Shown: positions 38,994 to 49,822 of the stretch, in pieces | Layout of the letters: the number at the start of each line of letters is the position of its first letter | How positions within the stretch are numbered: the first letter of the stretch is position 1 | NCBI GenBank assembly: GCA_963840855.1 | Contig: CAWJBB010000027.1 | Location: 32,001 to 96,000 of the forward strand | DNA from: an uncultured delta proteobacterium | GTDB taxonomy: Bacteria; Desulfobacterota; Binatia; UBA9968 | Direction of reading: 5' to 3' | DNA length: 64,000 nucleotides | Notes under the pieces: generated by a model | Databases searched by the model: none | What the model was told of the DNA's origin: nothing | The model's input: only the letters and a program-made list of their open reading frames with translations | Made by a program: the position numbers and the translations under genes

Positions 38994-39007
38994 CCGTTAG
39001 TTGCGGT

Positions 39008-39469
39008 TCACTTTGCGGTCGCAGAAATCGACAGCACCAACACACCGCCCTCATGGGGCGGCCCGCCCAGGATGAAATTCCCGCCATTATTCAGGCGCAC
39101 GGTGGTCTCAAGCTGCGGCTTGTCGCCTTGTTTGAGCTGCACTCTCAGGCTGAGCTGGTTGTTGGTCACTTCTTGCGGCCGAACCGTAAGGACCCGTCCG
39201 CCCGGAATCTCGAAGTTAGCGTTGCCTTGCCAGCGCGCGGTCTGGGTTTCTTCTTTCAACAAACGGTAAGAGCGATAGTTCAATGCCTTGAGCTGTTTTT
39301 CCAAAGGCGCGAGACGCGGATCGAACTCGCTGTCTTGTTTACCAGCGGCGACCGTTTTGATTGTGATCTGGACCGATTGAAAACTTTTGTCGGCAGCATT
39401 TAAACTGAGTGCCGCCGAGCATAGAAAAAGATTAAAAAGCAGGGCCTTTATCGCTGGTTTCACCGGCAC
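39008..39469 (-). CDS. Exported hypothetical protein downstream of anti-sigma factor
   Basis: Signal peptide; 153-aa ORF overlapping the anti-sigma end. Confidence 0.65.
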   Translation of the reverse strand: MPVKPAIKALLFNLFLCSAALSLNAADKSFQSVQITIKTVAAGKQDSEFDPRLAPLEKQLKALNYRSYRLLKEETQTARWQGNANFEIPGGRVLTVRPQEVTNNQLSLRVQLKQGDKPQLETTVRLNNGGNFILGGPPHEGGVLVLSISATAK

Positions 39470-39974
39470 CCTCGCTTTCGTTATCTGGATTCTGATAGAG
39501 CCAGATCACCGTGGTTTTGCTCTCATGCTCGCGCAAAAGCGCAACGTTGCGCCCGTAGGCATCGATGGATTCGACGGTGGCGAAGTTATTGCGTGGGGCC
39601 AACACGCCCCAGCCGGGCAAGATAGACCCAAGGTACAGCGCCCCGATTAGCAACACGATAACCGCGGGCACCGCCCAGGCAAACGACGGCGCGCGAATAA
39701 ACGGGCCGGCCCATTCCGCCAAGTCGGCGTACCAGGGTCGCCTCGCCGCGATCCGTTGCCGCAGGCCGTGCCAAAAGGGCTGGGCGTCGAGGCGAAAATC
39801 CTCCGACTCAAAGACGTCCTTCATCACCCTATTGAGATTTTCCAACTGGCGCCGCTCCTCGCCGCAGATCAGACAAGTTTCCAAATGCAAGCGAACGGCG
39901 TCGGCTCTGGCACCGGATAGTTCGCCGTCAAGCCACGCGCCAATGGACTCTCTGATTTCCCCGCAGGTATTCAT
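39432..39974 (-). CDS. Zinc-finger (zf-HC2) anti-sigma factor
   Basis: C...WLDGEL...HLETCLIC plus one TM segment; ATGA overlap with the sigma stop. Confidence 0.85.
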   Translation of the reverse strand: MNTCGEIRESIGAWLDGELSGARADAVRLHLETCLICGEERRQLENLNRVMKDVFESEDFRLDAQPFWHGLRQRIAARRPWYADLAEWAGPFIRAPSFAWAVPAVIVLLIGALYLGSILPGWGVLAPRNNFATVESIDAYGRNVALLREHESKTTVIWLYQNPDNESEGAGETSDKGPAF

Positions 39975-40558
39975 AGAAACGCTCTCAATTTTTCTTGTAA
40001 CTTTTTTCGCGCATAGTGGAGACGGCTCATCACCGTGCCTTCGGAACAACCCAACAGCTCCCCGATGTCCTTATAAGATAATCCCTCCAACGTCCTTAAG
40101 ACGATCACCGCCCGGTGCTCTGGCGTTAAATCGTTAATCGACTGAACCAATTTAACTCTTAATTCCTTGTCGTGAACGTCGGCAAACGGATCTTTAGCGA
40201 ACTCGTTGCGCTCTTCCATGACACCGTCCATCGATTCCCGAAAATCCAAAGGATTCCTCCTTTGTCGTCGCTGGGCGTCGATGGCGATATTGACCGCAAT
40301 CCGGTAAAGCCATGTATAAAAAGACGAACCGCCCTGAAAGCTCTTGATCTTACGATAGGCGCGAAAAAAGGTTTCCTGCGCGACTTCCAGCGCGTCTTCT
40401 CGGTTACGGAGCAGTCCCAGAATCACCATGAAGACTTTCTGTTGATACCGAGATACAAGCTCCTCAAAGGCACTCATATCCCCGGCTTGGCATTTCTGGA
40501 CCAATTCCCAGTCGCTTGCTTCGACCACAACAGGCCTGCCCCTTAGACGCCGTCCCAA
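39971..40558 (-). CDS. ECF RNA polymerase sigma factor (RpoE-like)
   Basis: AFEELVSRYQ, QETFFRAY, SSFYTWLYRIAVN, GTVMSRLHYARKKL. Confidence 0.92.
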   Translation of the reverse strand: MGRRLRGRPVVVEASDWELVQKCQAGDMSAFEELVSRYQQKVFMVILGLLRNREDALEVAQETFFRAYRKIKSFQGGSSFYTWLYRIAVNIAIDAQRRQRRNPLDFRESMDGVMEERNEFAKDPFADVHDKELRVKLVQSINDLTPEHRAVIVLRTLEGLSYKDIGELLGCSEGTVMSRLHYARKKLQEKLRAFL

Positions 40559-40683
40559 ATCGTTTATTCAGCTAACCGAAGAACTTATTGGCGAAATCTT
40601 GAAATTCTCGCGGATTACCATAAAATTGTCTTGATTTCATTAAAAATTTCCTCAAGGTTTCCATTAGTGTCAAGGGATTATTC

Positions 40684-41700
40684 ATGCTGGTCCAATGCCC
40701 GAAATGCAAGACGACTTATAGAGTTTCCGACGAAGTGGTCAAAGGAGCGGCGCCGTCGTTTCGTTGCTCGCGCTGCAAGCATACCTTCGAAGTCGAAGCC
40801 CAACCGGAAAGCGCCACGGATGTTTCAAATCCCGGCGCGGATAAATCTAGGGAAAATCCCGAACTGGCTTTTAGCTTTGAGCCGGCCACGCGGTCGGAGC
40901 CGGAATTACCGCGCGAAGACTCTCCCCGAGAGACCAACAGCTCAAGGGACCCAAAGCTGACCGCCCTTGGCAAAACCGACTGGCAGTTTAAGGAGGCCGC
41001 TGGCAGCGGTGAGGATGCAGCATCCTTCACCATCGCTGCTACCAGCGCGGCAGCGAAAGATGATATACCGGCACGGCCAAGCGTGGAGAAAGAGTCCTAC
41101 CAAATTTCTTCCCTTGCGCGAGAAACCAACGATAACGTCTTGATCATCGAACCCTATCGCGACCAACCCGCCTCGGTCACGCCTTTTCTGACCCTTTTCG
41201 GCTTGCTCGTCGTTCTATTTGCTTTCGTGCTGGCATATCAAAAAACCCACCCTGCCGCTTCGGAAGAGTGGGTGCGCAGCATCCCTCTCCTGGGGCACTC
41301 GGTAGTGCGGAATGACCACGTGAAAAACGGCGTCGTGCTCAAATCCATCGAAACAAAATACCAGAGCTTGCAGGGAAATCGCGACGTCGTGGTGCTTACC
41401 GGCATCGCGGTGAATCAGAATCCGGTGATGATCCGCAATGTCCAGCTTGCGGGGCAGCTCTACGATCACGAGGGCAGAGAAATCGAGCGCCAGACGATGT
41501 GGATCGGCAATGCCATTTCGTCGCAGATCATTCGCGGAATGACCGCCCAAGACATCGCTGATCTCCAACGCTTAAAGCCATTGAAAACTTTTGAAATTCC
41601 ATCTGGAGATTCCGTGCCCTTCGCCATCGTCTTTCTGCGCACGGGCAAACCGGTTAAGGACGCGCGCTGCGAAGTGCTGTCGGCGGAGGGGGACGCCTAG
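40684..41700 (+). CDS. Zinc-ribbon and DUF3426-type membrane protein
   Basis: CPKCKTTY...RCSRCKHTF N-terminus, low-complexity linker, single TM, beta-rich C-terminus. Confidence 0.8.
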   Translation: MLVQCPKCKTTYRVSDEVVKGAAPSFRCSRCKHTFEVEAQPESATDVSNPGADKSRENPELAFSFEPATRSEPELPREDSPRETNSSRDPKLTALGKTDWQFKEAAGSGEDAASFTIAATSAAAKDDIPARPSVEKESYQISSLARETNDNVLIIEPYRDQPASVTPFLTLFGLLVVLFAFVLAYQKTHPAASEEWVRSIPLLGHSVVRNDHVKNGVVLKSIETKYQSLQGNRDVVVLTGIAVNQNPVMIRNVQLAGQLYDHEGREIERQTMWIGNAISSQIIRGMTAQDIADLQRLKPLKTFEIPSGDSVPFAIVFLRTGKPVKDARCEVLSAEGDA

Positions 41701-41717
41701 AGGCATTATTTTGAAGG

Positions 41718-41909
41718 CTACTTTCCATCGGGGCGATTTTTCGACTGATCCGGCGGCGTGATATCGATTTCATCGGGCTCGCGCAGGGCTTTTTTGAATT
41801 TTCTGATGGCAGATCCGAAACTTCCACCGATATCGGGCAAGCGGCGGTTAAAAAACAGGATCACGACGGCCAGTATTATCAACAACTCTCCGAGACCTAA
41901 GCCAAACAT
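41718..41909 (-). CDS. tatA: Twin-arginine translocase TatA/E family subunit
   Basis: MFGLGLGELLIILAVVILFF..RLPDIGGSFGSAIRKFKK; SD AAGGAG. Confidence 0.88.
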   Translation of the reverse strand: MFGLGLGELLIILAVVILFFNRRLPDIGGSFGSAIRKFKKALREPDEIDITPPDQSKNRPDGK

Positions 41910-41929
41910 CTCTGCTCCTTCCGCGGTTA

Positions 41930-42841
41930 GTGGCTAACCTTCCCCTGCCGATTTCCTCGGTTGCCGCTGATTCACTGATCCGATATTATATCCCGGTGCG
42001 GTTCGAGAACATATCCTACCCTTGTTTTTTCCTTTCGCTGACGGTGCACCTGGCGCTCGTTCCCCTGCTTTGGCGCAAACCGTTCGCGGCCAATCCGGCA
42101 TTCGAGCCGATTTCCGTTTCTTTTCTGCCGGGCGCAAAACCCATCGAACAGGAAAAAACCTTAACCGCGCGCCCGCTCCCATCGCGCCGCCAGCGGCAAC
42201 CCGCGCAAGCGAAGCAGCTCAAAGGCGCGCCCGCCGTCGAAAAAAAACCGCTCCCGCCATCGCCCCAACCTGATATTCGAGACTTACCGCTACCGCCCCA
42301 ATTAGCGGCGCGCACCGAACCGGCTCCCATTATTCAGGAACGTCCCGCCATCGTCGAAGCTCCCCCGCGAAACGACCAGGCAAGCGTCAAGCCCGGCCCC
42401 GCGCCAGGGGAAGCGTCGATCTTTCGTAAAGACGGTCCGGCAAAACCCGACGGAAGAGAGCAATTGCTTCCGGGCATTCGCGGTTTGACGTCGTACAATC
42501 GACCGATTCCGCTCAATACCCAGGACCCGATACTGGCGCCGTACACCAAAAGGATCGAAAGCCGGATCGAAGCGCAGTGGGAATATCCCGACCTGGCCAA
42601 GCACTATGGGCTGCAGGGCAAAGTCACGGTGGAGTTTACCGTCCTGCAAAATGGCCATATCGACATCCTTTCGGTGGTACGCTCATCCGGTTCCAATTTG
42701 CTCGACGATGAAGCCGTACGCGCTATCAAGGTTGCGGCACCGTTTCCACCGATTCCGCGATCCATCGCCGCGAATCGCCTGCGCATCATCGCCGGCTTCA
42801 CTTACGTGAATAACCGCCTCGCTTTCACCAACAATCCTTAA
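41930..42841 (+). CDS. TonB family protein
   Basis: SLTVH TM segment, Pro-rich linker, WEYP...GKVTVEF...SSGSNLLDDEAVRAI...APFPPIP. Confidence 0.85.
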   Translation: MANLPLPISSVAADSLIRYYIPVRFENISYPCFFLSLTVHLALVPLLWRKPFAANPAFEPISVSFLPGAKPIEQEKTLTARPLPSRRQRQPAQAKQLKGAPAVEKKPLPPSPQPDIRDLPLPPQLAARTEPAPIIQERPAIVEAPPRNDQASVKPGPAPGEASIFRKDGPAKPDGREQLLPGIRGLTSYNRPIPLNTQDPILAPYTKRIESRIEAQWEYPDLAKHYGLQGKVTVEFTVLQNGHIDILSVVRSSGSNLLDDEAVRAIKVAAPFPPIPRSIAANRLRIIAGFTYVNNRLAFTNNP

Positions 42842-42951
42842 TGCTCGAGAACGAAGCTCGGCGGCAAGCCTCCAGCAAATTTTTTGAAGGGCGCGGATAA
42901 AGCAGATTTCACCGGTCGTCTTTGCGACCTTCGCGCAATCGGACCTGCGTG

Positions 42952-44442
42952 TTAATCGCCGTCCGTGCCTCTAGGTTCCCACCTAAGCACCGGCTTACGC
43001 GCGGCACGCGCCTCATCGAGCCTGGAGACGGGAGTCGTATGGGGCGCGGTCTTGACGAGCTGGGGATTTTCCCGGGCTTCTTGCGCGATGGCAATCATCG
43101 CCTCGATGAATTCATCGAGGGTTTCCGGCGTTTCGGTTTCCGTTGGCTCGATCATCAGAGCGCCGTGCACCACCAGCGGAAAATAAATTGTCGGCGGGTG
43201 GCAGCCGTAATCCAAAAGCCGCTTGGCGATATCCAGCGTGCTCACGCCCTGCTTCTGTTGGATCCGGTCGGTAAATATGCATTCATGCATGCAGGGCTCG
43301 TCGTAGGCGATCTCGTAATACTTTTCCAACCCCTTGCGGATGTAGTTGGCATTGAGCAACGCCATTCGGCTGACCTCTTGCAAACCGTCCGCTCCCAGCG
43401 AGACGATATAAGTATACGCCCTAACCAGGACGCCAAAGTTGCCGAAGAACGAGCGCACGCGGCCGATGGACTTCGGGCAATCTTCAACTAAATTATATTT
43501 GGCACCGGTTTTTTCGATGCGCGGCGCGGGCAAGTAATCGCGCAACGCGTTCTTCACGCCCACGGGCCCCGCCCCTGGCCCGCCACCGCCGTGGGGCGTC
43601 GAAAAAGTCTTATGCAGATTCATATGCATCACGTCCACGCCCATATGGCCGGGCTTGGCGATGCCCATGAGGGCATTCAGATTGGCGCCGTCCAGATAAA
43701 CCAATCCGCCCTTGGCGTGCACCGCTGCGCAGACCGCTTCGATATTTTTCTCGAATAGGCCGAGCGTGTTCGGATTGGTGATCATCAAAGCAGCGACATC
43801 TTCGTCCATCACCTTGGCGACCGTTGGCGCGTCGATCACGCCCTGGTCGTTGGAAGAAATCTGGATCACGTCATAGCCGCATAACGTCGAGCTGGCCGGG
43901 TTCGTTCCGTGGGCCGTATCGGGCACGATGATATTTTTTCGCGGCGTGCCACGCTCGGTTAGATAAGCGCGGATGAGCATCAACCCGGTCAGTTCCCCCT
44001 GGGCGCCCGCTGCCGGCTGTGCGCTGACTGAGTCCATCCCGCTCAGTTCGGCCAACATACTTTCCAGCTCGCAGATCAATTGTAAGGCTCCCTGCAAGAG
44101 CTCGCCGGGCGCCAACGGGTGAATCTGCGCGAAGCCCGGCATGCGCGCCACCGTTTCGTTGACCTTGGGATTGTATTTCATCGTGCAAGAGCCAAGCGGA
44201 TAAAACTGACTTTCAATGCCGAAGTTGCGCTGGGAGAGACGGGTGAAATGGCGCAGCGTTTCCAGCTCGCCGAGCTCGGGAAATCCGGCGATATCATCGC
44301 GCAGCAACGCCGCGGGAATATGCTCGGCGGCCCCAGCGCTCTCCGCGGGCCAGAACAGCGCGCTGCGCCCCGGCGAGCCGCTTTCAAAAATGAGCCGCGG
44401 CGTTGCTGAGTGGTTGCGCTTAGTCGGAGAGGTTTCGGACAA
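42952..44442 (-). CDS. gcvPB: Glycine dehydrogenase subunit 2
   Basis: YPLGSCTMKYNP, AHGTNPAS, NLHKTFSTPHGGGGPG, MIEPTETE. Confidence 0.95.
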   Translation of the reverse strand: MSETSPTKRNHSATPRLIFESGSPGRSALFWPAESAGAAEHIPAALLRDDIAGFPELGELETLRHFTRLSQRNFGIESQFYPLGSCTMKYNPKVNETVARMPGFAQIHPLAPGELLQGALQLICELESMLAELSGMDSVSAQPAAGAQGELTGLMLIRAYLTERGTPRKNIIVPDTAHGTNPASSTLCGYDVIQISSNDQGVIDAPTVAKVMDEDVAALMITNPNTLGLFEKNIEAVCAAVHAKGGLVYLDGANLNALMGIAKPGHMGVDVMHMNLHKTFSTPHGGGGPGAGPVGVKNALRDYLPAPRIEKTGAKYNLVEDCPKSIGRVRSFFGNFGVLVRAYTYIVSLGADGLQEVSRMALLNANYIRKGLEKYYEIAYDEPCMHECIFTDRIQQKQGVSTLDIAKRLLDYGCHPPTIYFPLVVHGALMIEPTETETPETLDEFIEAMIAIAQEARENPQLVKTAPHTTPVSRLDEARAARKPVLRWEPRGTDGD

Positions 44443-45766
44443 GACGGTCGATCTCCTCTTTTTCGTTCATCTCGGTCACGCACATTAACAGCCCATCGGG
44501 CAGCTCCGGATACCACTGGGCGAGCGCGATGCCTGGAACGATCTTGTCCGCGGCACAACGCTTTTCCAAGCGCGCCAGATCGCGCACCCGCAGGACGAAC
44601 TCATTGAAAAACGGACCGCTAAAACAACTCGCTAGCCCGGCCTCTTGAATGAGACGCGCATGGGTTTCATGGGCTCGGGCGACGTTGACCTCGGCGATGC
44701 GCCGCAGGCCCGTCCTACCGAGCAGCGAGAGATACACCGTGGCTGCCGTGGTACAAAGAGTCTGGCTAGTGCAAATATTCGAGGTCGCTTTGTCGCGGCG
44801 GATATGCTGTTCCCTCGTCGCCAAGGTGAGCACGAACCCGCGCCGCCCCTCGGTGTCTACCGTCTCGCCTACCAGGCGGCCGGGGAGGTTGCGCATGAGT
44901 TTTTTCTGCGCGGTAAAAAATCCGAACGCCGGCCCGCCCAGATTCATGGGCACGCCGAGACTTTGCCCTTCGCCCACCGCGATATCGATGCCGTACGCCC
45001 CCGGCGGTTTGAGCAGCCCTAGAGCAAGTGGTTCGGGGGTCACGCTGATCAATTGAGCGCCGGCTCTCGCGCACGCAGCCTGGAGCGTCGAAAGATCTTC
45101 GATGACGCCGAAGAAATTGGGATAACCGACGACGGCGCACATGGCCCGGTCATCGAGCATGCTCGCGAGTCGCTCCACATCCGTCGCACCGTCGGCGGCG
45201 AAGGGAACTTCGATCAATTCGACATCGCCGAGGTTCTTCAAATAGGTTGCGATGACGGCGCGATACTGCGGATGGAGCGCTCGCGACAGCAAGACGCGGC
45301 GCCGCGAGTCCCGCTGAATGCGGCGCGACATCAGGACCGCTTCCGCGGCGGCGGAGGCGCCGTCGTAAACGCCGGCATTGGACACCTCCATGCCGGTGAG
45401 CTGGCACATGAGTGTTTGGAATTCGTAAAGGACCTGGAGCGTTCCCTGGCTGACTTCCGGCTGATACGGCGTGTAGGAAGTGAGAAACTCGGAGCGCGAA
45501 ATCACCGCGTCCACGGCGCTCGGTATGAAATGCTGGTAGACACCACCGCCCAGGAAGAAACTCCACTCCCCGGCCGCGGCGTTCTTGGACGCCAACGCTG
45601 CCAGCCGATTCTTGACCGCCGGCTCGGTAAGCCCCGCCGGCAGCGTAATCGTCGCATGGGCGCGCAGCCCTTGCGGGATATGTTCGTAGAGCTGCTCGAC
45701 GCGTTCTAGGCCGATGGCCTGGAGCATCCGCTTTTGGTCCAGCTCCGTCTGAGGGGTGTAACGCAT
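44420..45766 (-). CDS. gcvPA: Glycine dehydrogenase subunit 1
   Basis: YTPYQPEVSQG, YDGASA, TREQHIRRDKATSNICT. Confidence 0.95.
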   Translation of the reverse strand: MRYTPQTELDQKRMLQAIGLERVEQLYEHIPQGLRAHATITLPAGLTEPAVKNRLAALASKNAAAGEWSFFLGGGVYQHFIPSAVDAVISRSEFLTSYTPYQPEVSQGTLQVLYEFQTLMCQLTGMEVSNAGVYDGASAAAEAVLMSRRIQRDSRRRVLLSRALHPQYRAVIATYLKNLGDVELIEVPFAADGATDVERLASMLDDRAMCAVVGYPNFFGVIEDLSTLQAACARAGAQLISVTPEPLALGLLKPPGAYGIDIAVGEGQSLGVPMNLGGPAFGFFTAQKKLMRNLPGRLVGETVDTEGRRGFVLTLATREQHIRRDKATSNICTSQTLCTTAATVYLSLLGRTGLRRIAEVNVARAHETHARLIQEAGLASCFSGPFFNEFVLRVRDLARLEKRCAADKIVPGIALAQWYPELPDGLLMCVTEMNEKEEIDRLVRNLSD

Positions 45767-45775
45767 GCGCCGAAG

Positions 45776-46231
45776 CTACTTGTCCTTCTCCTCGTCATCA
45801 TCTTCTTCTTCGCTTTCGTCTTCTTCGTCTTCGTCGTCTTCTTCTTCCTTTTGCTGAGCCACGTATTCCGCATATTCCTCAGCGGACATCAGGTCTTTCA
45901 AATCGTCCTTATCGTTCATCTCCACCCGGATCATCCAGCCGTCGCCGTAGGGGTCATCATTGATGGTTTCTGGACTGTCCGGCAATACGTCGTTGATTTC
46001 CAGCACCGTGCCGCTCACGGGAGCATAAACGTCGGAAACCGCCTTGACGGACTCCACCGCGCCGAAGGGATCGTCCTTAACGATCTTCTCGCCCACTTCG
46101 GGCAGTTCGACATAGACAACATCGCCCAACTCCTCCTGAGCAAACTCTGTGATGCCGATGGTCGCGGTGTCTCCTTCCACGAGCACCCATTCATGTTCTT
46201 TCGAATAAAATAAGCCTTCCGGGAACTCCAT
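45776..46231 (-). CDS. gcvH: Glycine cleavage H protein with acidic tail
   Basis: HEW, GITEFAQEELGDVVYV, VESVKAVSD lipoyl motif, DPYGDGW; ATG 46231 after AGGAGG. Confidence 0.95.
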   Translation of the reverse strand: MEFPEGLFYSKEHEWVLVEGDTATIGITEFAQEELGDVVYVELPEVGEKIVKDDPFGAVESVKAVSDVYAPVSGTVLEINDVLPDSPETINDDPYGDGWMIRVEMNDKDDLKDLMSAEEYAEYVAQQKEEEDDEDEEDESEEEDDDEEKDK

Positions 46232-46262
46232 GCTTTCCTCCTTAAAACGCTCGGCGCCGCGA

Positions 46263-47355
46263 TCAACGCTTGACAAACGGCAAAGAAACGATTTTGGCGC
46301 GGGTTCTGCGCCCGCGAATTTCAACTTCGATATTTTCACCGCCCTCGGCCGCTTCACGAGATACGTAGCCCAGCGCGATGGATTTTCCAAGCGTCGGCGA
46401 TTTGGTGCCGCTGGTAACATGACCCACTGCGCGCCCGTGGCGGTAGAGCGCATAACCGTTCCTGGCGATGCCTGGCTCCAACAGCTCCAAGCCGACCAAA
46501 CGGCGGTGCACGCCTTCGGACTTCTGCCGCAGGATGGCATCCCGGCCCATGAACGTCGGCTTGGACAACTTGACCACCCAATCCAGCCCGGCTTCCAGCG
46601 GCGTCGTCGTGTCGTCGAGCTCGTGGCCGTACAAAGGATATCCCTTTTCTAACCGGAGCGTATCGCGGGCTCCAAGTCCCGCGGGCACGAGCCCATCACC
46701 GGCGCCCGCCCTCAGCAACGAGGCCCACAGTCCTTCGGCTGCGTCGGCATCGCAATAGAGCTCAAAGCCGTCTTCGCCGGTATAGCCGGTGCGCGAGATG
46801 AGACAACGCACCGACGCTACGTCGGCGAATTGAAAATGGAACGTTTTTAACTCGCCGAGAGCGAGCGCCGCCAGCGGCTGCAAGATTTTTTCCGCCAGCG
46901 GTCCCTGCAGCGCCAGCTGCGCGTAGCGAGCGCTCATGTTGGCGACTTCCACACCGGCGCCGGCGTGTCGCCGCATCCAGCTAAAATCCTTTTCGCTGTT
47001 GGACGCATTGACGCAAACGAGAAAGCGATCGGACTCCAGACGGTAGAAAATCACGTCGTCTACGACCCCGCCGTTCTCGTGGAGCAGCAAATTATACTGC
47101 GCCTGAGAGACCTTGACGCGCGCCACGTCGTTGGCGGAAATGCGCTGGCAAAACTCCAGCGCGCCGGCGCCGCGCACTTCGATTTCGCCCATGTGACTCA
47201 CGTCGAACAAACCGGCGCGGCTGCGCACCGCCAGCATGCTCATCGATAACGCCGCTATACTGAACCGGCATCTGCCAGCCGGCGAACTCCACCATTTTAG
47301 CGCCCGCGCGCCGGTGCGCGGCATGGAGCGCCGTTTTCTTGAGTCCTTGGGCCAC
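46263..47355 (-). CDS. gcvT: Glycine cleavage T protein, 1-bp frameshift at ~47235
   Basis: [17 protein letters not shown] + [38 protein letters not shown]. Confidence 0.9.
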
Positions 47356-47378
47356 GGACTTTGTTACCGGCGCGGGAA

Positions 47379-48242
47379 TTATCGCTCGCGCTGCAGGGAG
47401 TCCTTGGCGGCCTTCAATGTGTTATAGAGCAACATACAGATGGTCATCGGTCCCACGCCGCCGGGCACCGGCGTAATTGCCGAGGCGCGCTCCTTGGCGG
47501 TTTCAAATTCCACGTCACCACAGAGCTTACCGCTGGGCAATCTGTTGACCCCAACATCGATGACCACCGCGCCGGGTTTGACCCAGTCGCCGCGCACCAG
47601 GCCCGCCTTGCCGATGGCGACGACTAAAATATCGGCCCGGCCAACCTCGTCGCGAAGACTCGCCGTGCGCGAATGGCAGATCGTCACCGTGGCATGTTTC
47701 TCGAGCAGCATCAGGGCCACCGGCTTGCCGACGATATTGCTTCGCCCCACGACTACCGCGCTTTTGCCCTTGGGATCACAGCCCGCCGATTCCAACAACT
47801 TCATGATACCCATGGGCGTGCAGGGTCTGAAACCGGCGCCGCCGAGCAATAACATCCCCTGGCTCATGGGATGAAAGCCGTCAACATCTTTATGCGGCGA
47901 GATCGCTTCCAGAATTCGCTCCGCGCGGATATGCGCCGGCAAAGGCAGTTGCACCAGAATGCCGTTGACGTTTTTGTCTTTGTTCAGATTGTGAATGAGC
48001 GCGAGCAGTTCTTTTTCCGAAATGGTCGCGGGAAGCAGATGCTCATAGGATTTGATGCCGACTTCTTTGCAGGCCTTTTCTTTGTTCTTTACGTAGATAT
48101 GAGACCCCGGATCGTCGCCAACCAACACGACCGCCAATCCCGGCGCGATGCCCCAGCGCCGTTCCAACCCCTCCACGTCTTCTTTGATCTGTTTTTGAAC
48201 TTCCTTGGCGACCGCCTTGCCGTCAATGATCGAAGCCATCAT
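47379..48242 (-). CDS. folD: Methylene-THF dehydrogenase/cyclohydrolase
   Basis: [41 protein letters not shown]. Confidence 0.96.
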   Translation of the reverse strand: MMASIIDGKAVAKEVQKQIKEDVEGLERRWGIAPGLAVVLVGDDPGSHIYVKNKEKACKEVGIKSYEHLLPATISEKELLALIHNLNKDKNVNGILVQLPLPAHIRAERILEAISPHKDVDGFHPMSQGMLLLGGAGFRPCTPMGIMKLLESAGCDPKGKSAVVVGRSNIVGKPVALMLLEKHATVTICHSRTASLRDEVGRADILVVAIGKAGLVRGDWVKPGAVVIDVGVNRLPSGKLCGDVEFETAKERASAITPVPGGVGPMTICMLLYNTLKAAKDSLQRER

Positions 48243-48456
48243 TTACTCCGTAGTGGCACTTCGCAGTGGGATGAAAAAACCTATACCGGAAAAAATCGAT
48301 TGTAAAGCAAGACCGTCGACTATTTGCATGACATGGGACAGCGCCAACGTCAACCCTGGAAAATGGCGATGATGCGGCGCTGGGCGCCGCGCGCAACTAT
48401 CATTAAGCGTGAAGTTTTGATAGGGAAATATCCAATCCAGAAAAGCATGGGGAATC

Positions 48457-49560
48457 TTGATGGACAAACCAAGGACGCTGGAAGAAGTCAAAAATGATAT
48501 TCGCGACCGTGTCGGCCACCGGGCGCCGTTTCTCCACGCGGACAAAGCGGAAGCTCAGGAGGCTTTGGCCAAGATGCCCAACTTCGACGGAGAGATTTGG
48601 GCCGCGGCATGGAACGACTTGGGGGCGCGTTGGGAAGACAAAGCCTATAGCGCGGAAAGAGCCGGCAACGCCGCCCATGCCAAGGAGGCCTTTCTAAAAT
48701 CTTACGGCTACTACGGCATTGCGCGCCATCCGTTTCCGAGCACGCCCGGAAAATACCACGGCTATCAAAAAACCCGGGAAATGTTTCTCGCGGCGGCGAA
48801 ATATTTCGACATCCCCATCGAGCGGGTATCTATTCCCTTTCGCGACAAGCCGGACAAACCTATTGTGGGCCATCTACGGCTGCCGAAGACGCTGCCGGCG
48901 CCATTGATCATGCACTGGGGTGGCATCGATAACTGGAAAGAAGAGCGCCACTCTTTCGGCGAAGCGTTCGTAAAAGAAGGATGGGGCTGTTTCATCATGG
49001 ACAGCCCGGGCACGGGCGAATGCCCGATGCTCGCGGGACCCGACGCCCACGTTGTGCATACGACGGCGCTCGACTATCTAAGCAGACGCCGCGAAGTCGA
49101 CGCCAACAAGATCGCCGTCGTCGGCGCCAGCTTCGGCGGCCACTGGTCCACCAAACTGGCTCATGTCGCGCCTGAAAAATTGCGCGCGGCGGTCAACTGG
49201 GGCGGCGGCATTCATTATTTCTTTCAACCCGAGTGGCAGGAACGTTCGCGCCACGCGGACTCGTATCTTTTTGATTTGATCGAAGCGCGCGCCAATCTTT
49301 TCGGCAAAAGCAATTTCGACGAGCTGTGTGCGGTGATGCCTGCCCTCTCTCTGCTCGATCATGGCTGGTTGGATAGGCCCTCCGCGCCCATGCTGATCGT
49401 CAACGGCAAAGAGGACAAACAGGTGCCCCTTGATGACTTTTATTTATTGTTGGAGCACGGCGACCCGAAATCCATCCGACTTTTTCCCGGTGGCCACATG
49501 GGCGCGATTCCGAATATCTTCAAGACGGTGATCACCTGGCTGCACCAAAAATTGGACTAA
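48457..49560 (+). CDS. Alpha/beta hydrolase, FrsA/2,6-dihydroxypseudooxynicotine hydrolase-like
   Basis: GGIDNWKEE, DSPGTGE, nucleophile elbow GASFGG, GKED, GGHMG. Confidence 0.75.
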   Translation: MMDKPRTLEEVKNDIRDRVGHRAPFLHADKAEAQEALAKMPNFDGEIWAAAWNDLGARWEDKAYSAERAGNAAHAKEAFLKSYGYYGIARHPFPSTPGKYHGYQKTREMFLAAAKYFDIPIERVSIPFRDKPDKPIVGHLRLPKTLPAPLIMHWGGIDNWKEERHSFGEAFVKEGWGCFIMDSPGTGECPMLAGPDAHVVHTTALDYLSRRREVDANKIAVVGASFGGHWSTKLAHVAPEKLRAAVNWGGGIHYFFQPEWQERSRHADSYLFDLIEARANLFGKSNFDELCAVMPALSLLDHGWLDRPSAPMLIVNGKEDKQVPLDDFYLLLEHGDPKSIRLFPGGHMGAIPNIFKTVITWLHQKLD

Positions 49561-49564
49561 GACC

Positions 49565-49819
49565 ATGAGTCTCTATCAACTGCAAAAACTCATTTACCAC
49601 GTCAACCGTGATGCCGAACGGCGCGAACGTTACCGTCAAGATGCCGCGGCCTTCGTCAACGGCTACGAGCTGTCGGATGAAGAAGCCAAGGCGATATTGA
49701 ACGTAGACACGCGGACGCTCTACTCGATGGGCGTCCATTCGCTGCTGCTCAGACCGTTTGCCCTGCTCAATAAAATATCCAACGAGGACTACGCGAAAGC
49801 GTTAAAAGGATTGGAGTGA
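49565..49819 (+). CDS. LigA-like extradiol dioxygenase small subunit
   Basis: MSLYQLQKLIY, YELSDEE, LYSMGVHSLLL; directly upstream of ligB-like gene. Confidence 0.75.
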   Translation: MSLYQLQKLIYHVNRDAERRERYRQDAAAFVNGYELSDEEAKAILNVDTRTLYSMGVHSLLLRPFALLNKISNEDYAKALKGLE

Positions 49820-49822
49820 GCC

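Noticed and set aside
46232-46540. 103-aa N-terminal extension of GcvH in the ORF track
   Set aside because: Overlaps gcvT in another frame; a strong SD precedes ATG 46231.
47355-47379. Glycine riboswitch upstream of gcvT
   Set aside because: Only 23 bp separate folD and gcvT, leaving no room, and no motif is present.
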